Assembly (NCBI GenBank): GCA_017447865.1
Contig: JAFSMO010000059.1
Location: forward strand, 44,544 to 108,543
Reading direction: 5' to 3'
DNA length: 64,000 bases
Origin: Thermoguttaceae bacterium
Lineage (GTDB): Bacteria > Planctomycetota > Planctomycetia > Pirellulales > Thermoguttaceae
Shown: positions 45,801 to 56,700 of the stretch, in pieces
Numbering within the stretch: the stretch's first letter is position 1
Layout: each line of letters opens with the position of its first letter
Program-made: the position numbers and the translations under genes
Notes under the pieces: generated by a model
The model's database searches: none
Seen by the model: the letters and a program-made list of their open reading frames with translations, nothing else
Told to the model about the DNA's origin: nothing

Positions 45801-47601
45801 CGGCCTTTCCGAAATTCGCCGAGGCGGATCCGTTGTAAGTTTGCACGAATTTCCATTCTGCCGAGGTTCCGGAAGAAATACAGCGGTAAAGGTGGATCGT
45901 TCCAACGAGCGCCAGACCGGTACTCGTCTGCGACGAAACCGCGATCTGGCCGTTCGCGAACGAAAGGGCTCTTCCAAAAGACGGTTCTATTTCCGACGAT
46001 TCAAGGTCCTGCTTCCAAACCCAATTATTGGTCCCCGCGTTCCAGTTAAAGATCTGGACCACCCACTGGCTGTTCTTTTGGCAGGTAACCGCGAGCCAGT
46101 TTCCTTCAAGAGCCGCCGCAGAGCCAAATTTGGTGACGGAATTTCCCGTGAGAGTGGTCTCCAACGTCCAAATTCCCGAATTGTTCTGTTTATAGAAAGA
46201 AAGCTTGCCGTCGGAAACGACGCACAGGCGGTTCTGCTCCGCATCCAGGACCATTTTGGAGCCAAAGCTGCTCACGGTCCCCTGGGTAAGCGTCTGGCCC
46301 AAACTCCAGTTGTCCCCGTCTTTTTCAAAAACGTAAACCATTCCCGAATCTTTTTCCGGAGCCGAAATGAAGAGGTAATTCTCCGCAAGCAAGACGGAAG
46401 TTCCGAATTTCGCGTCTGCCGGAAGAGACTCCACCGTAAGTTCGGTCTGGACCAATTCGCCGTCTTCCAGAGTAAAGAGGTACGCCGCATTTTCGTCCTG
46501 GACTCCTGCCAAAATCGAATCCCCGCAGATGGAGACGGCGATTTTACTGCTTGTACAGGCAAAGGAAGCCGAAGCAGTTTCCGACCATGAAGTTCCCTCG
46601 TACTTCCAAAGGGAGACCGTCGCGGACAAAGTATCTGAATCGTAAGAAACGACGGCGGCCTGGTTCCCATCGGAGTCCAGCGCACGAATCTTGCCGTTTT
46701 CAACGGACCGGGAAATTGTGTTCCAACTCCGATCCACGCCTTCCAACTGCCCAAAGAAAAGGTTCGAGGTGAGGCAATTCACCACCTGGGTTTCCAAGTT
46801 GGAGGAAGTATTCGCGCCAGCCCCGTCCGTGACTGTCAGCGTATAGTTGACCGTCGCGACTTCCGCGCCTTCCAGTGCGTGTACCCGAATGTAAACCGTG
46901 GAATTCTTCGCCGTCGCGGCAGAATTCAAAACCGCGGTAAAATCGTCAATATTCGTCGCGTAACCGAGTGGTTTTTCCGCTGTCTCGGAAGCGTAAAGCT
47001 CAAACGTCAAAGCCGATGCCGTGTCGGTATGGAGCTGAATATTGACGTTTCCGTGGGTCGTATTGAAAGAATAGCAGTCCGAATCATTCGTGCCAAGTTT
47101 CGGCGTGAGCTGACCGACGAGAACCGACTGTTTTATGGTTCCGACCGTCGTGATGCTCATATTCTGCGCGGAAGAAAGTACGTCATTCGTCTTGCTGGGA
47201 AGTTGAAATTCCGACTCAAAATTGCTTCCGCTGAACGCGACGAGCGTATAATTCGCCTCATGTTCCGAAAGGTTGGAAAGCGTATAAGTGATCGCATCCA
47301 CCGACGTCACGGAAACGCCGTCTCTCATGACGCTCTGCATCGAAGAGCTTGCTTGCCCGCCAAAATCGATCGACGTATTGACGCCATTCGTATTCAGGCA
47401 AAAAACCGAGAGCGTTTCCAGATTTCCCGTCTGAAACTCGATCGCGTATGTTTCGTGACTCTCCAAATCGAAAGTCTGGGTCCAGCACACCGCGCCGGTT
47501 CCCGCGGGCTGAATATCTGGAAGATACACAGGGACCGCACTCAGCAGCATACGACTTTCAAGAGATTCTAATTGAAGCGCACGATTTTTTTCACGTTTCA
47601 T
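39880..47601 (-). CDS. Giant secreted protein A (about 2,573 aa): LQLESLESRMLLSA N-terminal motif, PPC-like and FG-GAP-like repeats, Ig-like domains, and a C-terminal cohesin-like module plus dockerin pair
   Basis: The first ATG is at 47601 (MKREKNRALQLESLESRMLLSA); the track start at 47655 is a TTG with no Shine-Dalgarno. There are two clusters of FG-GAP-like repeats at about 45780..46420 and 42185..42840 (e.g. FGATLVLNGSTLAISAPG, FGYSVAIDDAGLVVVGAP). PPC-like modules are present (NDSDCYSF, GDSDVYRF). The C-terminal tail is acidic. Confidence 0.85.
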   Translation of the reverse strand: MKREKNRALQLESLESRMLLSAVPVYLPDIQPAGTGAVCWTQTFDLESHETYAIEFQTGNLETLSVFCLNTNGVNTSIDFGGQASSSMQSVMRDGVSVTSVDAITYTLSNLSEHEANYTLVAFSGSNFESEFQLPSKTNDVLSSAQNMSITTVGTIKQSVLVGQLTPKLGTNDSDCYSFNTTHGNVNIQLHTDTASALTFELYASETAEKPLGYATNIDDFTAVLNSAATAKNSTVYIRVHALEGAEVATVNYTLTVTDGAGANTSSNLETQVVNCLTSNLFFGQLEGVDRSWNTISRSVENGKIRALDSDGNQAAVVSYDSDTLSATVSLWKYEGTSWSETASASFACTSSKIAVSICGDSILAGVQDENAAYLFTLEDGELVQTELTVESLPADAKFGTSVLLAENYLFISAPEKDSGMVYVFEKDGDNWSLGQTLTQGTVSSFGSKMVLDAEQNRLCVVSDGKLSFYKQNNSGIWTLETTLTGNSVTKFGSAAALEGNWLAVTCQKNSQWVVQIFNWNAGTNNWVWKQDLESSEIEPSFGRALSFANGQIAVSSQTSTGLALVGTIHLYRCISSGTSAEWKFVQTYNGSASANFGKAVLLSADRMDVLDFEGNTVTTLTNYSNGDSWNLNVTSAGTKIEFQISKSETEMDVLILGPDGSEQTFTKTIGDDAVSVSFTPSRTGIYKVRLFSEVTRIYYLRTTSNALAAFSSGVAAQPKDRSNEVTVEYAQQILVSSLDSATAVFRDSHGAETVLELQGVVNGNQVVWNVPETVPNGAYTLNVSGLKAVSGASLNTLSVANYEFTGSHTLNLVPVGTEGSDVKRGELEISVGTTFEILDLTEEEAANVNFLVEGLNDYTIERTYDPEIHGLQVRILSGEATERVLVQAVLNASFASDEDLVPGSSVVGTLAASGAAKTQTFDLALASGQSVNLALTVTDPVSQEAVKMELFDSGGMLLAVDTLLAGDSESQWITTLKNTSPAAANYTVKLTNQTSGAADYTLQVISAQAPATATAQINVAGQSFLETFSSVSLEFSENVDLSTLAPSDFQLLLDGAAQTDYYVSACQVQDGTHVVLTFNAPLADGVWTLGLAVNEEESESIQTLAGTNFALTPAVFGIDSTNPAVDSITFSTDSSGKTRIHVKFSEAVLEARPTLTGKIYGQVDLMGGDGSYDEQTNIWTLTTLVELPSDFYTFSVSNIKDLAGNVTEGATTKGLAITSTSAETVSNVVSADPSTGWLPQYMDGSQAFVHQIVGCVTQSRYASFVLDGIEDGEQIAFSFMSPAGYSDPCWNDHIKAEWNAATKSVTIRYDASAHSGGLTAQESAQLTADMIYNGQKSGVFVMYILRNANYENADFTDPMNVQLSELGEKTDAQGNVQKIRQTSAMGTISSAGDSDVYRFTVDGKSTIFAGLTINSITLGTNTNFKIQLYEELPNGSRGTLLAEANSSSMGEKISDSLDVWIENVRNHSDEAQTFQLVVSASNVSASGALYTLVLTENAVFNAEKYTTVNTITELYDSNSAVGHVSSAIASFTSAGIYNSLDAASSAVYGDYVFVGDSTHNQVLIYAPNAAGTALEQVGTVKTSVSVSGDGFGATLVLNGSTLAISAPGHSNGDGTTGAVYLFDLDSINAAGNSTPFQTIKNPGSSHDFGFVMDYSESLGLLVVGSQTAYQMSYLFDLSGGETTPETYNLTQMLARQVNLKLEADGQTPVIQNNQLSWSENWSNFGYSVAIDDAGLVVVGAPLANTYSAYNQQTGTWTTESGSNGMVFVLAMNGSSMRLAEDSDLGFGYSVTSENGVLVAASAPGDYTSGIALHTFDFRKASPADDRFILSDLVISENIGALPQAVQIREGFLYVTGASASSPETQLTLCSSTVWPYDTQMDIYHFTADESSISVVFGAGLRGNVEDLEVFLVDEAGTEIQGTVQNGTFTYSATAGTEYYLYVGTAESAECDYVMTVQGITQNEFSFGLTETGVKVNGAAISETLTTRPTTVTLSLEKPVRADLISKSSVQIDGVSASSFTLSADGKTATFTFAYKQFTQTTATLTIRAEDFCSVDGSILTLTDAQATQTLTLAQTSVEQKIRAREDSLEAIWTFEENLKNANASVTILKKASGSDSWVNITSTGTLTRHGNVLKWTAGSVLAGTGDQISIFLDSSSVSMVSGCPVEQLDALEQTINLNVQGETALVIRKTSSLDETGESGGASRQEIPASEKWIDEWQNVWVEVWASVLSATETGLKSYTAEIAYDPAKFNPIKNGNISVKYDSTIFSSVTVTKVANENKIQIQASVKAGVENVGVCDLEGVGDHVLLGSIQFYAQKDGVHLSETYAVEGVEIGIQIENSVVMADTNDTVVSTVENTTQDLPSVYPVVYDLDDSGTIDINDLVAFARVFAQPAVPFTITGAADFNAGGRVEINDLVLFARNFGKKEGSSIVYADTLTEDWGNPTAQPAVLPAPEPAVLSEPEPVVLPAPEPEAALSVSEPAAAISESVPAFQTSFGNVYVNDWTAQAPDFQKQIEEENALRAELLEEALPQPVTNEAPLSTSDEAFELDDVLDEVKKEETEELEVTLGKMIS
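40331..40494 (-). other. Dockerin-type Ca-binding repeat pair of protein A
   Basis: The two repeats are YDLDDSGTIDINDLVAFARVF and ADFNAGGRVEINDLVLFARNFG. Confidence 0.8.
40500..40971 (-). other. Cohesin-like beta-sandwich module of protein A
   Basis: The sequence is SEKWIDEWQNVWVEVWASV...YTAEIAYDPAKFNP...LLGSIQFYAQKDG. The pattern resembles cohesin domains, judged by eye only. Confidence 0.55.
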
Positions 47602-47760
47602 ACTTTTTTCTTTCCTGTTTCTTAATCGGATAAAAGGCCGTAATGAAACAACCAAAGGAACGGGGCGGGGCTCAAACCCACTCCGTTCGCTTTGCCTGTT
47701 ACGCTGCGGCCTTCCTAACCAATTTCAGGGACGATGATTTCGCCGCGTCCCTGTTCCTGA

Positions 47761-50700
47761 CTATTCCTCGTCCATCTCGACTTCCAGGTCTTCACGAATG
47801 GTTCCATCCGTCATGCCTGAAAAATCGCCATCGAACAAGCTCTCGAACACATCATCCGTAACGGCGGTTGAAAGGTTCACTTCCACGTTTTCATCTTTTT
47901 CGAATTCCTGCCAGGCAGCATCAACCCGTTTTGCCGAAACTTCCATGACGGCCCTGGTTGCGGCCGCGGTCAGAATCTGGTTGAATTTCGCTTCCGACAT
48001 GATGGCCGAAGCGTCTGCAACCGTGACCCATTCCGAGGTTTCCGAAGAAACTCCACGAATTGCGTCGGTGGCATTTCCGAGGATCGCACCGCCATAATTA
48101 CGGGCAGCGTTCACGATTTCCGCGTCCACATCCGAAATTTCCCGACGGACTCCCACGTCAATGGTTTCGGTCATCAGGTCGTTTTCGTCATAAACGTGAC
48201 TTCCAATGACGACGTGCATATTGCCCGCTTCGTCGCGGTAGTTGGAAGATTTCACGTTCTTGCTGAGGAATTCATTGTAGCCGGAGTAGTTGGTCGTCAT
48301 GCCCAGCGCGTGGCCCAGTTCGTGCAGGAGGACCGTGTAGAGGTCATACTGTTCCGCCTGAACTTCCGCGTCTTTGCCCACGTACCAGCCCATTCCCAAA
48401 GCGTCCGAGTCAAGGTAAATCACGGCCGTATTCGGTTTACCATTTTCGTCGCAGTCGAGGAGAGAGGCTTCCGCCAGCGTGCCATTTACTTCGTTCGCAT
48501 ACTCTTTTACGATGATTTGAACATCAAGGTTCAATTCCTCGCCAAGTTTTTCGCTCCACGAATCCAGCGCACTCTCGAGCGTGTCGGAAATGTTGGAGTC
48601 GCCGCTCATTTCCAGCGTGGTTCCGATCCAGATCTGGAAGTAGTTCTTCGGGTAGTAAATTTTCGCGCCGTTGGCCTGCGTCGCTCCGAAGTTCTTCGCG
48701 AAGAAGATGAGGTCCTGGACGTCGATCAGCCCGTTATTATCGAAGTCAAGCGCCCACGCAAGCGAATCCGTGGAAACCACCGTGTTCGTACCAAACTTCT
48801 TGGCGAAAAGAACCAGGTCGTCGATGTCGATGTCGCCGTCGTCGTTGGCGTCGTACATGACCGCCAGCGCTTTCGTGTTCACGACCGTCTGCGTATTCAC
48901 GTCGAGCCAGAAGCTGGCCGAGTCACGCAGCTCGATGTTTTCGAGGCTCAGGCCAAGCGACGTGGTGCCGATGGTCTGGGCGGCAATGCCTCCGTTCCTG
49001 ACCGGCGTAAGCTGGATACGGCCGATCAAAACGAAGCCATCTTCCGTCGTGACGGCATTGGTCAGCGTGCCCGTGATTCCGTTCACGGTTCCGTTCCCGA
49101 AGGTGACGGCTCCCGCGTTGGAAACACTCGCACCGTACTCGATGCCGCTGGCGGTGTAGAGGCTGGAATCGTAATTCACGTCAAACTTGAAGTTCGCAAT
49201 GTCGGTTCCCACTTCCTGCGTGTTGACCCACAGTTCGAGCCAGCCGCCTTCCCACTCGGTGATGTAGGCTTCGCTCTTCGGGAGCGTGTCGGAAACTTCC
49301 ACATTGGATTTTTCCTTCACGAACGACATGTAGATGCCGTTTCCTTCCACGACGGTTTCTTTCGCCGCGCTCGTTCCTTTCACCGCGTTCGGGTTGAGGG
49401 TTCTGGTCTTGACCTGAGTCGCGGAGAGGTGCACGCCCTCGCTCGCATCCGGCAAGCCGGTTTCCGGGTCCACACCACCGCAGGCGCCAATGCCGCTCAC
49501 GATTTCATTGTCGAGGACCAGAGAGTACGTCGAGCTTTCCAGGTCACGGGCAAAATCGCTGATGGAGCAGTTTTCTCCAGCCGTGAAGGTCAGGTACATG
49601 ATCTGGTAGGATTCCGTGGTGAAATCCTTTCCTGCGGACGTTTCGACCACGCCGAGTTTGAGCTTGCCAACACCATCCTCATAGGTGGATTCCGAAGCGC
49701 CACTAGGCCCATACGTTCTCACATTCGTCACATTACTCAGAGAGAAGTAGGCGGTTTCGATGAAGCTCTGCGCCCCGTAAGGTTTCCCGTCAAGCAATGT
49801 TTCCGAAAGGAGCGGCAGGCTGCACTTGACCCACATCTGAACGGTGTAGGTCTCCCCGGACGTCAGCGTCGCAGTCGGATCCACGAATTCGCAGCCTGCT
49901 CCCGCAGCAATACTGGAGGCTGTCAGGCGCATGTCCGTGCCATGACTCAGCGTGTAGCAGACTTCAAACGGCTTTTCGTAATCAATGGAAAGGGTCAAAC
50001 CAACTTCTTCGCCACTGATCGTAACCACAGCAGTCTGCGCGCTGCGGTCCTGCGTGGAGTCATAGGGCGTGTAGTAGGCGTAGAACTTGCCCGTCTCGGA
50101 ATCGTACGTCACGAACCGGAACGGCGAGATGGTGCCGGCTTCGACTTCCGGATCCACGATCGAAATGATCCTTTCCGTCGTGCTGTCGTCAGAGAAGTCC
50201 ACGGCCGCGTAATAATCGTTCTCCGCAGCATCCGCGTCAAAGACGTACTGGACCGCGCCGCCGATCGAGCTGAAGTCAGTCACGGAGCTGATCGCGTCCG
50301 GATCCGAGACCGTAACCGAGATTTCGTCGCGCAGGAGCACGAAGCGGTCTCCCGTCAGATCGAACACTTTCTTGCTGGCCTGGTAAATCTTCTTGACCCC
50401 CGTCACATTGGAAACGGTTTCAACGATCGTGAAGTCCTGACCGAATCTGGAGTCCTGTGCCGCCACAGTCCCCGCGGCAATCGTGGAACCGGACGCCGCG
50501 GCGATGCTCTTGTTCGTGATGGTAATATCAGCCGTCAGGGTAATATCCGCATTAAGCGTAACCTTCCCGCTCGCACTGTATTCGCCGTCATCTTCTTCGA
50601 ATCCGTACGTTTCATACCAATCCTGAACTTCGTTACACTGGAAACCAAAGTTCTTCGCAAATTCCGTGCCGGCTTTCAGTACCGTGCCCGCCTTCAGGAC

Positions 50701-53700
50701 GGAACTCGTGGTAAACGTCGCCTGCGCGGTAAGATCCAGATCCTGATCCAGCGTCTTGTCGGACGGAAGAGCCGCACCCGACTGAATGTTCGTTTCCGTC
50801 AACGCCGTGGCGTCCAGACTGTCGTCCGTGATCATCGCGGAACCGTTGACCACCACGGTGTACTCGAAGTTGCTCGACAGACCGTTCTTCGTATCGTTCA
50901 CGGTCACTTCGATCGTGTAGGAGCCGAACCCGGCATCTTCGGGGATCGTGTACGTGGTCGAATCTCCGTAAACGACCTCAAGCGTATCGTTGCCGTCCGG
51001 GCTGAAGAATTTCCCAACCTCTTCGGAAAGGTCAAAGACGTCGCCGGGATCACCGGAAAGGACCAGGCTCGCGCCGTCCAGGACTCGCGGAGCGTCCTCC
51101 GTGTTGGTGATCTTTGCCGTCAGGGTAAAGCTGGAGGTCAGCGCCGCCGCTTTTTTCGTTCCGGCCGCGCCGTCGGTCACATTCACTTTGAACTCGATGG
51201 TCCCGTAGAAGTCTTTGTCCGCCGGCGAGAACCAGATCACTCCGTCCTCAATGTCTCCTTCGAAATCCATGAAATCGGCGGCTTCACCGGTACGGCCGTC
51301 AATGATCGTCGGCATATACGTGAAATCGATTCCAATCGTCAGAGCCGTGCCGTCCACCGGGTCAACGAAGAGGCCGTTGAGATCCCATGAGTAAACCGGC
51401 GTTTCGGATTCGTTGTCTTCGGGCAAGGTCTTGAAAGTGGACTGTCCGGGGATCAGCTCCGGCGCCCAGTTGTAACCGTCGATGCTGATGTAAAGCTGGG
51501 CGTAGTAGGTGGTCGTACCATTGGAAAGCATGTACTCGTAAACCGTGTCCACGTCGCAGCCGGCCGGGATGGTGACTCCAACGCCGTAGTTCTGATCCAC
51601 GCCAGCCAAAACGTCTTCGGAGCCGCGAACGAATTGAATGTTCACGACCTTGTACCCGTCCTCGGCGAAATCGGTGAATTCGCTGAGCGGAATTTCGTAG
51701 TATGCGTCAGCGTCGGAACGACGGTAGGACTTCGTGACGCTCTTGGCGATCGCGTTCAGCTTGATGATGAAATTGCCCGTATTCGCGCATTCCGTGTCGG
51801 TGTTCTGGATTTCGTAGGGGATCACGACCGTCGCGCCGTGCAGGGCTTCCCATTCCTCGCTCGTCCCGACGTTTCCGTCGATCGTGCCGCGGGTGAGCGT
51901 GAAGCCGTCTTCGGTCACAGCCAGGTTCAGAGTGTAAACCTTGTCGTCCTGGAAGATCGTATAGGTCGTTTTATTGTCGTTGACCGAGGTGAGGGCCAGG
52001 GTGCCGGAATCCGTGTCGGTATTGCACTGGGCGAGGACGTTATACTCCTGCGCCTCGGTGCTGGTGAGCGTGAAGCTGCCGGTCTGGGCGGGCGCGTACG
52101 GGTCGCACGGGTCGTTCGTGACCGTGACCGTCACGTCCGTCGTCTTGCCATTGACGCTCAGCGTCAGGACCCCCTCGCCGTAGGCGTAAGGATCCACGCT
52201 GTACGTCAGGGTGGAGCCGGTGAAGTTGTAGTCCGCGAACAGGGTCTCGATCGGGGTCTGGACGTGGGCCTCATCGACCGTGTTGCCGTAAACCGTCTCG
52301 GATTTGACGCTGATGCCGTAGGTCATTTCGCACGTGTAATCGCCCCAGGCCTGTTCCGGGTCAAAGGCGTTTTCGATCGTGACGGCGACTTCCTGAGTGG
52401 CAGCGTTTTCATCGACCGTCTGATTTCTGGCGGCGACGCTCTGAACGCCCGCCCATTCGATCAGGACGTCAAGAGTCACGCTCGTTTCCGCGTCAAAAGC
52501 GTCTTTGACGGTGATTTCGAGCGAGGTTCTGCCGTAAAGGCCTTCGGACGGAGTCCAAGTGATCGATTTGCCGTCGATTGCGCACTCGTCGCCGTTGATT
52601 TCAGCGGCCGAGATTGTCCACTCGTCGCCTTCCGGATCGGCGAAGTAGTTGGTCAGGTCGAACGTATAGGACGGGGTTTCCTCGAGTTTCTGCGTGTCGG
52701 TCAGCGTCGCCGTTTCGGTCTGTTCCGGCGCGAGGTTAACCTTGTCGATCGCCATATTGAGTTCTTTCACTGCCGACTGATCGAACGTGTCCGTGGCGGT
52801 GAGGGAGGTCAGCGTTCCAAACGTGTGCGACTGTTTCAGTGCTGCCGGATCAACGGTCAGTTTGAGGTTCCAGACGCCATTGTTGAACGTCCAGTCGGAA
52901 GCGGTCACGACGCCGTCAGCCCCTTCAAAATTGCAGGTGATGGTCAGCGCATCGCCGTTCTCGATGTCCGCGTCATCGAACAGGGCCGAGACTTCTTCAT
53001 CGGTGAACTGAACAGTGTATTCGGTCTGATTTTCCACGAATCCAATCGGTTCCTTCGCCTCGAGCGTCGTCCGGGTCACGGTCGGCGTGTGGTCGTAGGA
53101 GACGTCGATCGTCGTTTCGGAAATGCTCTCGTTACCGGCTTCGTCGATGGCCTTGAACAGGAACGTCTTCGTGCCGAATTCAAGCGCAACGCCGTCGCCG
53201 GGAACGTAATCGGTCCAGGTTTCCCCGCCGTCGGTGGAGTACTGGAACGCCACGTCTTCCAGGGCCGAAATATTGTCTTCCACTTCCAGATTAAATTCGA
53301 CCGAATCATTTTCATCCAGGAACAGGAAGCCGTAATCGCCTTCTTCAGCCGGAGCGTTGGCGACTTCCGTGACGGTCCAGACCGGGGCGGTCGTATCCAC
53401 GACGAACTCGATGATCGAGTAAACGTCGGACTTGTTGCCCGCGCCGTCCTCGACCTGGAAGGTGTAGCGGTGTACGCCATCTTCCAGAGCCGTATCGTCG
53501 TCAATGATCTTGCCCATGAAGTCAAAGTAATCGCCGATCAGCTCGCCATTGTGGAAAATGGAAAGTTTGCAGCAGTCCGGAACCAGGTCATTGACCACGA
53601 TCGTGTAAGCGATCCGCGGGTGATTATCGTTGGTGAGCGATTGATTCGGAGCGATTTTGTCATCGGACGTCTGGAGCTGGGAGCTCACCAAAGTGGCGGT

Positions 53701-56700
53701 CGGGGCCGTATTGTCCACGTAGAACTGGTACGTGCAGCTCGGTTCCTCCGCGGTCGATTCGTTGGCCGGGACCAGCGTGTCTTTGCCCCAGGCGGTCAGG
53801 ACGAACTTGGCGCCGTCCTCGACGCCGGTTTCGGTGTAGCTGACGTTTGCCGTCTCGCCGGAAGCGACCACCGTGGTCTCTTCACCCACGATTTTGCTGA
53901 GGCTCCAGCCACAGGTTTCGATCCCCGTGTCGTCCGTGATCGTCGCTTCGATGTGGAACTCGTCGCCGGTCAGGAAGTACAGCGTGTCGGTGTTTTTCGT
54001 GACGTTGCCGTCCTCGGAGGCGGTAACGGTGAGGTCGTCCAGCTGGATGGTCGGCGCGAAACTGTCGAACAGGTACGTGACGTCGAAGGAAACCGCCAGT
54101 TCTTTGCCGAACTCGTCAACCAGCGTAAAGGAAACGTTGGAGAAGCGGTCCGGTTCGCCCTGCTCCATGCCGGGGGTCATGGTGAAGACCAGGAAACCTT
54201 CTTCGATGGCGCACGCGCTCACGGCAGCGTCCTGATCGCTATTCCCGGTGATCGTGAAGCCGTCGCCCGTCAGCGTGGCAACCACTTCGTCGTTGAAGTA
54301 CTTCGTCAGGTCAAGCTTGATCTGCTCGTTTTCGTCGCAAAGGCTCTTGCTGAGCGTCTGGACGAATTTCTGCTCGTTCGCGTTGTAGAAGGCCCCCTGA
54401 GCGGTCGGCGCGGTGTTGAAAACGACGCTGAATTCCGCGGACGGATCGCTCGTATTGCCGGCGGCGTCCGTGGCAGTGTACGTGAACGTGTTCACGCCGT
54501 AGAAAAGCGTCACGTCGCACGAGTCAAACGTCTCGTTGGAGGAGTAGGTTTTCGTCTGGGCATTGCCGCCTTCGTCGGTGTAGCTCTGGGTGATCAGAAT
54601 GCTCGCCACGCCGGAAACCGCGTCCTGCGTGTCCAGCGTGAGCGTGTAATCGCTGTTCGTCACGCCGGTGGGGTCTTCCGCCTCGTTCGTGATCGCAACG
54701 GTCGGCGCGGTCGTGTCGAAGTAATACACCAGCCCGTCTTCCGGAGTCACCGTGAACTCATTGCCCGCGGCGTCAACCAGCTTGGCCGTGAACGTGTAAA
54801 TGCCGTCTTCGGGAAGCTCGGACGAGGTGATCTCCGCGCTCTCGGCATCGGCCGCCACTTCGACGGAGGCGACTTCCGTTCCGTCGCAGTAAAGGACCAG
54901 CGTGGCCGGCTCGGTCAGAGCGTCAAACGTGGCCTCAAAGCTCGGGGTGGAGTCCGTGTCGCGCTCGTTGACGCCGCTCAGAGCGAATTCAGCGTCTTCA
55001 ACGTCCACTTTCTGATCCACGAAAATCGTGCAGAGGAACGCGCCTTCGACCTCGTTCCCGAAATTGTCCTTCGCGTCGTAGCGGAACGTGTAGGCCTGAT
55101 TGTGGGCCGGGTTCTCAAGCAGGACTTCCGCCTGATCAAAGTCGACCATTTCAGACGTCGCGATGGGATTTTCCGGATCGTCGCCGTAAACGTAAATCGT
55201 GCCGGACTCGACGGTGTTGAAGTCGGTGAAGGTGAACGTCAGCGCCAGGTCATCCTCGCCGGTGTAATAGTACTCGTTCTCGGCTTTGTCAACCAGCGCG
55301 TCGTTCGCGTCCAGAGCGGCGACCGGCGCCTCGGTGTCGTTCGTCCACTTCAGATCAAACGAAATGTCGGCCGATTTGTCGTACTCGTCCGTGTAAGTGA
55401 TCACGATCCCTTCGGAAACGAACGTGGCGGTCTCGCCGTCGGTGAAGCTCGCGAGCGTCAGAACGATCTCGCCTTCGTCGTTGATTTCCCACGACGTAAC
55501 CGCGTCGCCGAGGTTTTCAATGTTCACGTTGTCGGCCACGATGCTCGAGCCGTCGACCTCTTTGAACAGGTCCGCGACTTTGCCGAGGTTCAGCTCGCCG
55601 TCCGTAACCGTGCCAACGGCCTGCTGGGATTCGTAATCGCTGGCGGTGGTGGAATCGGTCGTCAAACGAACGTCCGCGTCCTGGAGCTTCGTGCCTTTAT
55701 TCGTGACCTGCGGCGGTTTGTTGTAATCGTAGGTGAAGGTCTTGACCGACTGGTTTCCGGCGGCGTCCACAACGGTGAACGTCCAGATGTTCGTGCCGTA
55801 AGACTGATCCAGGGAGTATGCGTACTGGATCGACGAATCCGTCACACCCGTTTCCATCGGTTCGGCAGAATCGCCGCGATTGGAGGTCATCGTCACGCAG
55901 CCATCAGGATTCGTGATCATGAGATTCTCGTCCGTCACCGTGATTTCCAGTGGCGTCGTGGAGGTTTCGACGTACATCGAATCCGTGCCGTAATTCACGT
56001 TGTGGCCTTCAGCCGCCACGACCGGTTTTACGGTGTCGATCGTCAGCACTTCCTTCGAGCCTGTGGTCTGGTTGCCGGCCAGGTCCTCGGTGTAGAAGGA
56101 CAGCGAGTGGCAGCCGTTCGCAAGTCTGGGCAACGTCACGAAGAACTCATCATTCTGGAGTTTGGTGAGGTCTGAGTTCGTGAGCTTTTTACGGTACACC
56201 TCCGTCTGATCATCCTTCACCACGAGCCAGATCCCCATGTCCGGATTGGCGACTTCTTCGGAAACCGCATCCCAGTCGATCTCGCCGCTGGGGCTGATCT
56301 GGAATTCCGGCGTGGGGTCGTTGGTGTAAACCATGCCCTCGTAAATATTGTAGTCGGAAGTCAGCTGGGAAGCCACATCCAGCGCGGGCGCCAGCGAGTC
56401 GAAAACGTACGTGTAGGTCGTTTCACTTTCTTCCAGACCGTTATAACTGAAAGTAACCGTCACGGTGGAATTCGCATGAATGCCGCCCTCCAGAGGAATG
56501 GAAACATTATTGCCTTGGACGGTTACGTCTTCTTCGGTCAGGGTACGTTCGTTGCCTTCCGAATCGACGTAGTTAATGACCACTTTCACCGGGAGATTTT
56601 CCGAATCCGGAAGCGCGAACGTCACCGCGGGATCTTCAAAGGTCGATGGATCTTCATTGGAGATGAACCGGTTTTCCGAATTGGGGACAGCCGTGCCGGA

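Noticed and set aside
48301-48330. Calling the protein B C-terminal domain a matrixin/metzincin.
   Set aside because: HELGHALGMTT lacks the third His of HExxHxxGxxH, so I report only an HEXXH motif.
51634-56175. A 1,513-aa plus-strand ORF, together with 48196..51390 (1,064 aa).
   Set aside because: Both lie entirely antisense to giant gene B. Their products are Arg/Gly/Val/His/Asp-rich low-information sequence typical of the open antisense frame of GC-rich, codon-biased genes. The minus-strand frame carries coherent domain motifs (dockerin, Ig-like boundaries, HEXXH).
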